A DNA stretch of 54,482 bases. Source: Anaerolineae bacterium. GTDB taxonomy: Bacteria; Chloroflexota; Anaerolineae; J102. Shown piece after piece: positions 16,972-25,392 of the stretch (positions are counted from its first letter, which is position 1; each line of letters starts with the position of its first letter). The notes below the pieces were generated by a model. The model did not search any database and was not told where the DNA came from. It was given only the letters and a program-made list of their open reading frames with translations. The translations under genes were made by a program, and so were the position numbers. The stretch lies in the NCBI GenBank assembly GCA_027002405.1, contig JALWZT010000212.1:1-54482 (forward strand), read 5' to 3'.

Positions 16972-19830
16972 CTATCGCTCAGGGTGACTGATCACTGATG
17001 ATGTTTTTGGCAACAGGGGCAATGGAGTCAATTCCAAAGCGTCATCGAAGACAGGAAGCTCGCTGGTCACATGGAGACGTGCGCCTGTGTGGGGATCATA
17101 CATGCCCACGCGTAAGTCGTATCGACCTGGGGGAAGGTTGGAAGGAATAGAGAGGATGTGGACATCGCGAATGTATTCCTGGGGGAACCAGATGTCGGTG
17201 GGGAGTTGTCCTTGTGCGGGGATGCCGTCGTGCTGCGCGACAATGCGCCCCTCTGCATCGAGGAGATGAACAAAAACTTTGTACGAGATGTCGTCAGGGG
17301 CTTGCGCTCGCCAGAGGAGCTCGAGGGTGAGGGGCTGTCCGGGAACGCCCTTTTCGGGATGAAGCGCATACCCGGCCAACTCGGCAATGCTTCCTATCTG
17401 AGCTGAAACTGGTATGAAATCCGCAGGTGGGGACCAGAGATGTGGACGATCTTGGACGGTCAATGTTCCTATAGGGAATGGAAGAGGCGCTGGATGGTCC
17501 TCGAAAATCAAGCGAAGATCGACCAGGTAGCGGTGATCTCCCAGGGTAATGGGGGCCCGGACGTTATGCTGGGTATGAATGATAGCACCAGGCTTGAGTA
17601 ACTCAAAGGTGGAGGGGGTCATGAGCGGCTGATCTGGAGGCCGGGTGTGGCGAATGGCTTTCCCTCGGAATCGTATTCGTATGGAGGGGACACGGTGAAG
17701 GGGGCGTCGCACCTGCCAGTAGGTATCTACCCTTATGGGGTCACCCGGCCGAACTGGGCCCGGAGAAACGGCCCAGGCTTTTAGGGCCAGGGGGCCCATG
17801 CGAGGGGCAATAGGCGGAACAAAGCTCGGGGCAAGGTAGGCCCGGCGGAAGGTTGAGGTGGTCTCGACATGCACCTGGCCTAAGGGGATGGGATCGTATC
17901 TGGGAAAGCGATACAATTGGTCATCGTCCGAAAAATAGAACATGAGCAGCTCGGCTTGATAGTCGCCGGGCAGGGCTCCCAGCGGGAGCTGCAAGGGGAT
18001 AGCGGTCAAGCCTTCGGTGCCCTGAGGGATGACATCGCCAGGGTACCATTGAGAGGCCAGTAATGCATGAAATTCAATGGGGGGCTGATGCGGTTCTGGA
18101 GATGTGAGTCGGATGCCCAGGAAGGTGCGCTTGGGCAAGGCATCTTGGGCGTGCCAACAGACCGAAAGGGAAAGGGTTTCATAGGGGGGCAGGGTTCGGG
18201 GGAGTTGTCCAATCCCCAAGGCAATGGGGCCGTAAGACGCGAGGGGCAAGTCTAAGGTCTGGGAGCAGGAAAGTGTTTGTCCTTTGGGAAGCACACGCAC
18301 AAGATGTCCCCAGGGAATGAAGGCGTAATCCTCCGGCCACGAGGACATCTGGGATGGAGGAAGAGGCGCTGCTACATAAAGGGGAAGGCCGTGCTCCAGC
18401 CAGGGATCGATAACAGCTTTTGGGGCGGGAGGGAATAATCCCCACAGGTCCGTGCGCAGGTTTTGGATATGTTGCAGGTACCACAGGGGGGTGAAGTCAC
18501 TCCAGTTTCCCAATAACCCCGCCTGTTCTTCGATGGGCTGGGCCAGGATGGCTTCCCAGCCAGCGCGGATGTCGATTCGGCGACTGAAGTCCCGCTGGTC
18601 CCAGTTGGAGGTGAGTAGGATCAGGAACACGCTGAGCGCAAACACGCCTTGCAGAGCCCGTACGGTTCTTGTTTGCCTCGCTCCCGATGCAAGGCTGCTT
18701 GGGAGCAGGGGTGCGAAGGCAGCAAAGAAGGCGATAATGCCAAAGACGGGCATCAGATAGGCATCGTTTTTTCCCTGCCGGATGTAAGCGACCATGAGCG
18801 TGAGGAATAAGGCAAACCCAAAAATCAGAAGTGTAAACAAGGGCTCTCTGCGGAGAAGATAGATAAATCCTATGCCCGCCATGACCAGCAACCACCAGGG
18901 GGCATCCTGCTGGAAGAAGGGGATCAGGCCCGGCAAATTATGGACGGCCTGAATCCACCCACCCCCAAGGAATTGCCAGATATAGCCCTGCAACCCGGCG
19001 ATGTAATGGAAAATCAAAGCCCCATCACCATGGGGCACATACCAGACGTGAACCAGCCCCTTGTAGACGGCTGCGGAACGAGCAATCCCAGGCAATAGCG
19101 GCCAGGATGAAAAGGTTTTCCAGCGCCATGGCACGTAGAGATAGAACACCAGCGGAAGTCCCAAGGGGATCAGCCACCAAAGGGCGCGGCGGAGGCGTTG
19201 GTGGCCATGCGCCCCCGTGCCCGAAACCATCAGAATGAACCAAAAGGGGGCCATCAACGCGGCCGTGGGATGCAGCGTGAGGCTGATGCCCAACATGCCG
19301 CCAGCCAGGGCCAGGCGCCATCGCTTTTGGGACCATGAGGCGAAGCGTCGGGCCTCCCAGGCTGCCCACCAGGCTCCGATCATGAGGGCCAGGTTGAGCG
19401 TGTAGCGTTCGGCCACGATGCTGAATTGCCAAAAGGTGGGCATCAGGGCCAAGATCATGCCCGCAAGAAAGGCAGAGGTATGGTTGCGGGTCATGCGCCA
19501 AACCAGCGCGGCCAGGATCCCCGCGGCCAGAGCCCCAGCCAGGGCCGAGAGCAGGTTCATCTCCCATGCCGGCTCCCCCAGGGGGAGTTTTTGCCATAGC
19601 CAGCCCAACAGCATGTACGCAGGGAAGCCGTTGGGATGGGGGAGGCCCAGCAAAGAGGGGAGATATTGAAATTCAGCGAAATCCGAGACGAAAACGTCCG
19701 GGGCCAGGGTGCGCCAATAAATCAAAAAGGTGGAGCATGTTACGATCCCAGGGGTGATCCAGCCCTGGCGCCGCAATTTTTCGAAGGTCAAGGGATCGTT
19801 CATTGGGGGATGATGCTCTGCTGGACTCAA
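16972..19830 (-). CDS. DUF2723/TMEM260-like GT-C membrane glycosyltransferase with a large C-terminal repeat-domain region
   Basis: 952 aa. The N-terminus TLAPDVFVSDFAEFQYLPSLLGLPHPNGFPAYMLLGWLW is DUF2723-like. The C-terminal part carries about 3 copies of a ~100-aa module ending YKVFVHLLDAEGRIVAQHDGIPAQGQLPTDIWFPQEYIRD...LPPGRYDLRVGMYD. Confidence 0.7.
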   Translation of the reverse strand: MSPAEHHPPMNDPLTFEKLRRQGWITPGIVTCSTFLIYWRTLAPDVFVSDFAEFQYLPSLLGLPHPNGFPAYMLLGWLWQKLPLGEPAWEMNLLSALAGALAAGILAALVWRMTRNHTSAFLAGMILALMPTFWQFSIVAERYTLNLALMIGAWWAAWEARRFASWSQKRWRLALAGGMLGISLTLHPTAALMAPFWFILMVSGTGAHGHQRLRRALWWLIPLGLPLVFYLYVPWRWKTFSSWPLLPGIARSAAVYKGLVHVWYVPHGDGALIFHYIAGLQGYIWQFLGGGWIQAVHNLPGLIPFFQQDAPWWLLVMAGIGFIYLLRREPLFTLLIFGFALFLTLMVAYIRQGKNDAYLMPVFGIIAFFAAFAPLLPSSLASGARQTRTVRALQGVFALSVFLILLTSNWDQRDFSRRIDIRAGWEAILAQPIEEQAGLLGNWSDFTPLWYLQHIQNLRTDLWGLFPPAPKAVIDPWLEHGLPLYVAAPLPPSQMSSWPEDYAFIPWGHLVRVLPKGQTLSCSQTLDLPLASYGPIALGIGQLPRTLPPYETLSLSVCWHAQDALPKRTFLGIRLTSPEPHQPPIEFHALLASQWYPGDVIPQGTEGLTAIPLQLPLGALPGDYQAELLMFYFSDDDQLYRFPRYDPIPLGQVHVETTSTFRRAYLAPSFVPPIAPRMGPLALKAWAVSPGPVRPGDPIRVDTYWQVRRPLHRVPSIRIRFRGKAIRHTRPPDQPLMTPSTFELLKPGAIIHTQHNVRAPITLGDHRYLVDLRLIFEDHPAPLPFPIGTLTVQDRPHLWSPPADFIPVSAQIGSIAELAGYALHPEKGVPGQPLTLELLWRAQAPDDISYKVFVHLLDAEGRIVAQHDGIPAQGQLPTDIWFPQEYIRDVHILSIPSNLPPGRYDLRVGMYDPHTGARLHVTSELPVFDDALELTPLPLLPKTSSVISHPER

Positions 19831-19857
19831 TAGGTCACAGGCGAAGGCGCGAAGAGA

Positions 19858-19945
19858 GTCATCAGTAATCAGTCATCCGTCGGAATCAGCGTTGCGAAGC
19901 ATCTGTGTAAATCTGCGTTCCCATTTTTGTTCGCATTGGTAAGCC
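19858..19945. repeat. modular intergenic repeat locus R3 (short: D remnant, E, linker)
   Basis: gtcatcagtaatcagtcatccgtcggaatcagcgttgcgaagcatctgtgtaaatctgcgttcccatttttgttcgcattggtaagccgtt. It matches the E-plus-linker part of R2 (16915-16965). Confidence 0.8.
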
Positions 19946-19946
19946 G

Positions 19947-22199
19947 TTACTTGGTCCAACCGTTTGGAATCTCAAAATGTCCTAATTCGACGCGATCATC
20001 GGGCTGGGGGGGCGTGGTGGGGAGGTTGTGGATGACTTCGGCGAAAGCGTACATGCCCGCTTTCACGGTGTAGGTGCCGGGTAGCAAGTTGGAAGGGATC
20101 GGGATATGATAGACGTCCTGGATGATCTCCCCCGGGCGCCAGCGGGTGGTGGGGGTGAAGCCTCCCACGGGGAAGCCGTCGTGTTGAGCTACCACCTGGC
20201 CGGCGCCATCCAGCACATGCACAAAGACGTGATAATCGGTGGCGTTCTCCTTGAGCGCCAGCCAATAGATGGTGACATTGACGTAGCCTGGTACCAACGG
20301 AGACAAGGCGACATCTGCGGCGACGATCTGGGCTACGTCGCCCACCTGGACTTGCACGGGCGCGGGCGTGTGCGAGGCCCGTCCCACGCCGCCGCTGTTC
20401 AGCATGAGGATGGTCGTTAGTGCCACCATGCCCATCGCGGCCGGACGCAGCCATCGTCCGATTTTGCCCGTTCGCCAGGCCCAGGCCGACCACAACAAAG
20501 CGGCCAGGGCCGAAAGCCACGCGCCCAGCACCCGCTCCGGCGTGTAGCCAAACGCGAAGGCCACATCATGCTTCCCCTCGGGATACACATCCACGGTCAC
20601 CAGCCCCAGCTCACTCGAGGCACGCATGTCCGCGGGGGCGCCATCCACGGTCACGTTCCAGCCAGGGGCCTGGAACTGATGCAGTAGCACGGGCATCGTT
20701 GCAGGGGTGTCCAAGGTCAGGGTCAAGCCCAGATGCTGCACCGAGGTGAGAGCGACTCGCGGGGGGCCAGGTAGCGGCGGTGTGTCTGTGGCGCCCTCGC
20801 GCGGGCGGCCCAGGGCCCAACGTTGTTCTGTCACCGCCCGGGGCAAAAATTCCCCGGTCCAGGTCGCGCCTACCTGGCCCGCGTCCGCATCCTCCCGCCA
20901 CATGCGTTCGGGGAACCAGGTGTCGGCCGGGGTAAGAGGCAATGGTTCATAGGGCAGTTTGGGCAGGCTGGTGAGCATGGCCAGCACGAACACCATCCCC
21001 ACCATCCCCCACTGAACACGAAACCCTGAATCCTGATCGCCTCGCCTCATCTCGACCGCCAACGGAATCAACGCCCCACCACTCACCGCCACCCCCACCG
21101 CGGCCAGAGAAAGAAACCGCCAGGGATATTGCAGAAAGCCGAGCAGGGGCGTGAGGGGATGCCAGATGGGCAGGGAGAGGGTTGTGGTCATGAAGATGGC
21201 GCCCGCGGCCAGGATGAGGTGAAAGCTGAGGATGGCGGTGTGAGCGGGCGGGCGGCGCTGCCACCATCGCCACACCAGCAGCCCCATGATCAGCAGAAGG
21301 ATGGCGATGGTCAACCAGTTCTGGGGGTGGACGACCGGGCCCTGGTAATCGGAGCGATAATCATAGATGAATGTGCGGGCGATGACCTGGGATAGAGCCA
21401 GCATGTGATTTTCATACCCGCGCGAAGGACCTACCCCCAGTCCCATGGCCGGACTTTCCGACAACACAGGCAGCCAATAGACCGCAGTGAGGGCCAGGCT
21501 CAGAGCCAGCGATGCCCCCAGCCCCAACAAACGTCGCCAACGGCCCGTGCACCAGGCCAGCATCAGGGCGTAGGGGGTGATGACCAGGGTCATGAGCAAG
21601 GCCGAGAGGTTATGGGTGAGAACCAACCCTGTCCAGGCCAGGACGCTCCATAGCAGCGCCTGAGATGTTTCCCGCCTTATATCCGCTTGTATAGCGCGGG
21701 TGGTCTGCCACAGGATGAGGGGAGGGAAGATGAACGCGATCAGTTCGGGGATGGCCCCACGCACGTAAGCGTCGATGAGGTGATAGGGAAAGTAGGTGTA
21801 GAGGACCGCGGCCAGCACGCCCGCGGCCGTCCCCCACAGGTCTCGCACGAAGAAGAACATGGCCAGCGCGGCCAACAGCAATCCCAGGGCGATGGTGAAT
21901 TCGGCCGCGGTGGCGGGGTTTAGATGCAGGACCGCGAGCAGGGCGCCGGGCCAATAGCTGAGGGGCGCGTAAAAATTGAGCACGGCCTGCCCATAGCCGA
22001 AGCCGAATTCGGGGAAAAGACGGGGATGGAGCACGCCCGCCTGCCAGGCCCGGGCCAGAGCCGCGACACGATAGACATGGAAGCGGCCATCGTCGGAAAC
22101 GAAGAAGCCGGGGCGTGAGAGGATGTGAAGCGCGGGAAGCGTGAGCACGAGAGCTATGAAAGCCCCTCGCCAATGCCAAGATGTACCGGTGTTCTCCAT
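19947..22199 (-). CDS. large GT-C-like membrane protein (family often annotated '6-pyruvoyl-tetrahydropterin synthase-related')
   Basis: Starting at ATG 22199 (MENTGTSWHWRGAFIALVL) gives FFVSDDGRFHVYRVAALARAWQAGVLHPRLFPEFGFGYGQAVLNFYAPLSYW. The C-terminal module YHVFVHVLDGAGQVVAQHDGFPVGGFTPTTRWRPGEIIQD...LLPGTYTVKAGMY is paralogous to that of the 952-aa neighbour. The upstream 25 codons lie in repeat R4. Confidence 0.65.
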   Translation of the reverse strand: MENTGTSWHWRGAFIALVLTLPALHILSRPGFFVSDDGRFHVYRVAALARAWQAGVLHPRLFPEFGFGYGQAVLNFYAPLSYWPGALLAVLHLNPATAAEFTIALGLLLAALAMFFFVRDLWGTAAGVLAAVLYTYFPYHLIDAYVRGAIPELIAFIFPPLILWQTTRAIQADIRRETSQALLWSVLAWTGLVLTHNLSALLMTLVITPYALMLAWCTGRWRRLLGLGASLALSLALTAVYWLPVLSESPAMGLGVGPSRGYENHMLALSQVIARTFIYDYRSDYQGPVVHPQNWLTIAILLLIMGLLVWRWWQRRPPAHTAILSFHLILAAGAIFMTTTLSLPIWHPLTPLLGFLQYPWRFLSLAAVGVAVSGGALIPLAVEMRRGDQDSGFRVQWGMVGMVFVLAMLTSLPKLPYEPLPLTPADTWFPERMWREDADAGQVGATWTGEFLPRAVTEQRWALGRPREGATDTPPLPGPPRVALTSVQHLGLTLTLDTPATMPVLLHQFQAPGWNVTVDGAPADMRASSELGLVTVDVYPEGKHDVAFAFGYTPERVLGAWLSALAALLWSAWAWRTGKIGRWLRPAAMGMVALTTILMLNSGGVGRASHTPAPVQVQVGDVAQIVAADVALSPLVPGYVNVTIYWLALKENATDYHVFVHVLDGAGQVVAQHDGFPVGGFTPTTRWRPGEIIQDVYHIPIPSNLLPGTYTVKAGMYAFAEVIHNLPTTPPQPDDRVELGHFEIPNGWTK

Positions 22200-22206
22200 G
22201 CGAATG

Positions 22207-22619
22207 CTGCTTTGAAAATAGCATGATCGTCGGTTGCGGAAGGATCGCCAGGCCGACGTTGGGCGAGTCGGCAAAGGTTCGTATTGCGTATTCCGTATTC
22301 CGTCCAGTCGTTACGCAATACGCAATACGGAATACGAGTCACGCCGCCCTGGCCGCGAGGCATTTTCGTCGGTATCGGCGCGGGCGAGCCAGCCGTTGGA
22401 CTGCTATGAAAATAGGATTCGGAGCAGGATTAGGATCAGGATTAGGATCGTCAGGCCCACGTTGGGCGAGGCTGCAACGGGCGTGATGCGTGAAACGTGA
22501 AACGTGAGAATCTTACGCATTACGGCATCACGCATCACGTTTTACGGTCCGTCAGCCTGGCTGCGAGGCGTTTTCATTCGTATCGGTAAACCGCCGCTTG
22601 TGTGGCCTGCTTCGCAACC
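22207..22619. repeat. modular intergenic repeat locus R4 (two scaffold units with different cores)
   Basis: Terminus 22207-22221. Scaffold ggatcgccaggccgacgttgggcgag 22242-22267, with core cgtattgcgtattccgtattccg / cgcaatacgcaatacggaatacg (22280-22336). Linker 22363-22415. Hexamers 22414-22449. The second scaffold carries the cgtgaaacgtgaaacgtgag-type core (22450-22570). Confidence 0.9.
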
Positions 22620-23501
22620 TCACATCCACAGCCCTCCCATCACGGCCAGTAGGGTGATGATGCTGATGTACCCGTTCATGGTGAAGAAGGCGATATCCAC
22701 TTTGCTCAGATCATCGGGCTTGACCAGGCTGTGTTCGTAGATGAGCAGCCCGGCCACGATGATCAGGCCCAGCCAATAGAGCCAGCCCAGGCCCGCAACC
22801 AGCCCCACCGCGGCCAGCAGAAGCACCGTGAGCACGTGGAAGGCCTGGGCCAGGCGCAAGGCTGCGGGGATGCCGAAGCGGGCGGGGATGCTGTAGAGCC
22901 CCTCGCGACGGTCCACCTCCACATCCTGACAGGCGTAGATGAGGTCGAAGCCCGCGATCCACACGGCCACCGCGGCCCACAGCAGCCAGGGGATGGGGTG
23001 GCTCAGGCTGGCGGTCACCGCGGCCCAGGCACCGGCCGCGGCCGCGCCATCCACAATGCCCAACCAGAGGTGACAGAGCCAGGTGAAACGCTTGGTGTAG
23101 GCGTAGCCCACCAGCCCGATCATGGCAAGGGGCGCCAGCATGAGCACAAAGGTGTTCAGCATCCAGGCGGCAAATAGGAACACGCCCAGGCTGATGACCC
23201 CCGCCAGCCACACCGCGTTCTTGCTGATCTTGCCCGTCTGGATGGGGCGGCTGGCAGTGCGGGGATTGCGAGCGTCGATCTCTGCATCGATGGCTCGGTT
23301 AAAAGCCATGGCCGCGGTGCGGGCCGAAGCCATGGCCCCAGTGATCCACACGAACTGCCAGAAAAGCCTCCCCCAATCGATGGGCGTGGCCAGCATCCCG
23401 CTCTGCGCCCACGCCAGCACCATGCCGATGTACGCGAAGGGCAGCGCGAAAATCGTGTGCTCGAATTTGATCATGTCGAGGAAGACGCGCAGTTTATTCA
23501 C
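22620..23501 (-). CDS. UbiA-family aromatic prenyltransferase (possibly the futalosine-pathway MqnP-type enzyme)
   Basis: 293 aa, polytopic. It begins MNKLRVFLDMIKFEHTIFALPFAYIGMVLA and has the Asp-rich motif NRAIDAEIDARNPRTASRP. Confidence 0.85.
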   Translation of the reverse strand: MNKLRVFLDMIKFEHTIFALPFAYIGMVLAWAQSGMLATPIDWGRLFWQFVWITGAMASARTAAMAFNRAIDAEIDARNPRTASRPIQTGKISKNAVWLAGVISLGVFLFAAWMLNTFVLMLAPLAMIGLVGYAYTKRFTWLCHLWLGIVDGAAAAGAWAAVTASLSHPIPWLLWAAVAVWIAGFDLIYACQDVEVDRREGLYSIPARFGIPAALRLAQAFHVLTVLLLAAVGLVAGLGWLYWLGLIIVAGLLIYEHSLVKPDDLSKVDIAFFTMNGYISIITLLAVMGGLWM

Positions 23502-23504
23502 TGT

Positions 23505-23897
23505 TTATTCCCGCACCTCGATTTCGTTGAGCGGGCCGTTGAGAAACAGCCTGAGCTTATTCAAGACGTCTCTGCCTAGAACGATCTCTTGTCCCTGATC
23601 ATCTCCGATCACGGTGACGCCCGGCAGAGAGATTTCATTGATACGCAAATCAACGCGAAAGAGATGCACGCGCCGTCTTTCGCCCCAATGACTTCGCAAG
23701 AAGGCCTCGGCCACTGGATATGCCTGAACTGACCGGAGGTAAGAGATGGGAATCAGCGTGCCGTCGGCTCCGGTATCGACGAGGGCAACTAACGAAGATG
23801 TCCGCAGCTCCGCATCGCTATTGTATACGATAACAGGCAGTGCCGGGATTGGGGGATCGTACGTTTTATCGTAGGCAAAACGAGAGGAGGCCATCAT
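23505..23897 (-). CDS. retropepsin-like (clan AA) aspartic protease domain protein
   Basis: 130 aa with the active-site-like LVDTGADGTLIP (D-T-G-A) and a C-terminal IVLGRDVLNKLRL. It has a 4-nt ATGA overlap with the upstream small gene. Confidence 0.7.
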   Translation of the reverse strand: MMASSRFAYDKTYDPPIPALPVIVYNSDAELRTSSLVALVDTGADGTLIPISYLRSVQAYPVAEAFLRSHWGERRRVHLFRVDLRINEISLPGVTVIGDDQGQEIVLGRDVLNKLRLFLNGPLNEIEVRE

Positions 23898-24262
23898 TCG
23901 TACCGAAATCCAAGTCGGGTAAATGTGCGATGGGGTGTTTCTCTCACCCGAACGATCAACACAGGCGTGCGTCCATATCGCTCACGCACGCGTTGCCACA
24001 GAGCATCTTCATCGACATCATGATCCACCACTTTCCCCTGGTGCATAGCGATGTATCGCCCCAAATACTTCTGCTTCAATTCAGGATATTGTTGCCGAAA
24101 CAGCTCGCTTTCCTCGGATATTTTCTGACGTTCCAGCTCCCACAGGTATTGACGAGCCGCGTCTTCCAGCAATGCATCGGCGGTCGTTTCATGTTCTTCG
24201 GCCGCTTCTTTCAATCGTTTGTAGACGTTTTGATCAAGGGTGATTGTGGGCATAAGGCGCAC
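23894..24262 (-). CDS. small antitoxin-like protein (N-terminal RHH-like segment, C-terminal DUF5678-like segment)
   Basis: 122 aa. MPTITLDQNVYKRLKEAAEEHETTADALLEDAARQYL is ribbon-helix-helix-like. GRYIAMHQGKVVDHDVDEDALWQRVRERYGRTPVLIVRV resembles DUF5678. Both assignments are from recall. Confidence 0.55.
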   Translation of the reverse strand: MRLMPTITLDQNVYKRLKEAAEEHETTADALLEDAARQYLWELERQKISEESELFRQQYPELKQKYLGRYIAMHQGKVVDHDVDEDALWQRVRERYGRTPVLIVRVRETPHRTFTRLGFRYE

Positions 24263-24319
24263 CTTTGGAAACTTTGTGTTCAGAAAACGAACATGTCTAT
24301 TATACCGCTCACCGTCCTC

Positions 24320-24739
24320 TTATCCACGTTCCTCGAACCAGGCGCGGCATTGATGCAAGAGATTCTCGGCGGCGCGCAATGCCCGTTGTGCATCTTCGTC
24401 CGTGAAAATCTGCCCGGGCGTCAGGTCCGGCAGACCGTTTGGGTAGCGGGTGGGCACGTAAAATTGATCCAGGAGCCCAGCGTCTCTCATCCATCGATCC
24501 GAATCAGGAAGCTCGTCACGATAAGGGAAATCTTGCAGCAGTTTGAGAATGGAGTGTCCCCATGGATCGATATCTTCCAGATACCAGATGGCCTTGACTG
24601 CTTTTTCGCCACATTGTTCAGCATGAAAGCAGGCCGCGGCGAAGAGACCTTCCGCTGCCAGAACTCGGGCGGCTTGCAAGTCCTCGTGTGCTGTTGTCAG
24701 CCAGCGTTCAGCCTGCCAACGGTTCTTTTGCTGACTCAT
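24320..24739 (-). CDS. HEPN-domain protein (toxin of an MNT/HEPN type VII TA pair)
   Basis: 139 aa. AERWLTTAHEDLQAARVLAAEGLFAAACFHAEQCGEKAVKA ... VPTRYP is a HEPN-like helical bundle. It lies immediately downstream of the MNT gene and overlaps it. Confidence 0.8.
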   Translation of the reverse strand: MSQQKNRWQAERWLTTAHEDLQAARVLAAEGLFAAACFHAEQCGEKAVKAIWYLEDIDPWGHSILKLLQDFPYRDELPDSDRWMRDAGLLDQFYVPTRYPNGLPDLTPGQIFTDEDAQRALRAAENLLHQCRAWFEERG

Positions 24740-25061
24740 AAACGACGATTCCCTCCGCCAGGATGCGACGAATAAAGGCGCGATCTTTTATCGCTTCGAG
24801 TTCATCAGGAGTGTAAATGAGCAAATCAACGCTTCTTCCGGGAATAGCCAGGGTAATCTCTTGCAAAATCCCCTGGTAACGGTCGATAAAACGCTTGTTC
24901 GTCTCCATAATCAGCACAAGATCGACATCGCTACGCCGCGAAGCATCGCCGGTGGCCATAGAGCCAAACAAAATGGCTCGTTGAACCCGGTATTTTTGAA
25001 AAATCGGGCGCAAGAGATAAGCTGCCTCGGTCGCGAAATCCGCCATGCTCCCCTCTGTCAT
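24708..25061 (-). CDS. minimal nucleotidyltransferase (MNT), HEPN partner
   Basis: 117 aa with the pol-beta-type motif ILFGSMATGDASRRSDVDLVLI. Confidence 0.85.
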   Translation of the reverse strand: MTEGSMADFATEAAYLLRPIFQKYRVQRAILFGSMATGDASRRSDVDLVLIMETNKRFIDRYQGILQEITLAIPGRSVDLLIYTPDELEAIKDRAFIRRILAEGIVVYESAKEPLAG

Positions 25062-25282
25062 TTCGCTTGCTGGCGCAAGGCTCGAATATCATCATCAGTC
25101 ACATCGAACAACTGTTTATCTTGCCACAAACCTTCCAATTGCACATTCACTGGATTTTCCGGGGCGTGTTGTCTGAATCTAAGGAACTCAAGAAACCTGG
25201 AGAGTTCTTCCAGGCTTTCAGGCGGTAAGGCGTCGATGGCCTCGTGGGCTTTTTTTCGTGTGAAGTGACTTGAGTAGCTCAT
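25058..25282 (-). CDS. small acidic protein translationally coupled to the MNT gene (third component, antitoxin-like)
   Basis: 74 aa, AIDALPPESLEELSRFLEFLRFRQ. It has a 4-nt ATGA overlap with the MNT start (25058-25061). Confidence 0.55.
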   Translation of the reverse strand: MSYSSHFTRKKAHEAIDALPPESLEELSRFLEFLRFRQHAPENPVNVQLEGLWQDKQLFDVTDDDIRALRQQAK

Positions 25283-25392
25283 GTCTTTATTCTCATACAG
25301 ATGGCATCTGGGATCATTTTAGCACTGGCGACGGGGGCTGACAAAGGTGAAAACCAAATCAATCAGTAACTATACAGCTCCTTCTGCAAGAC

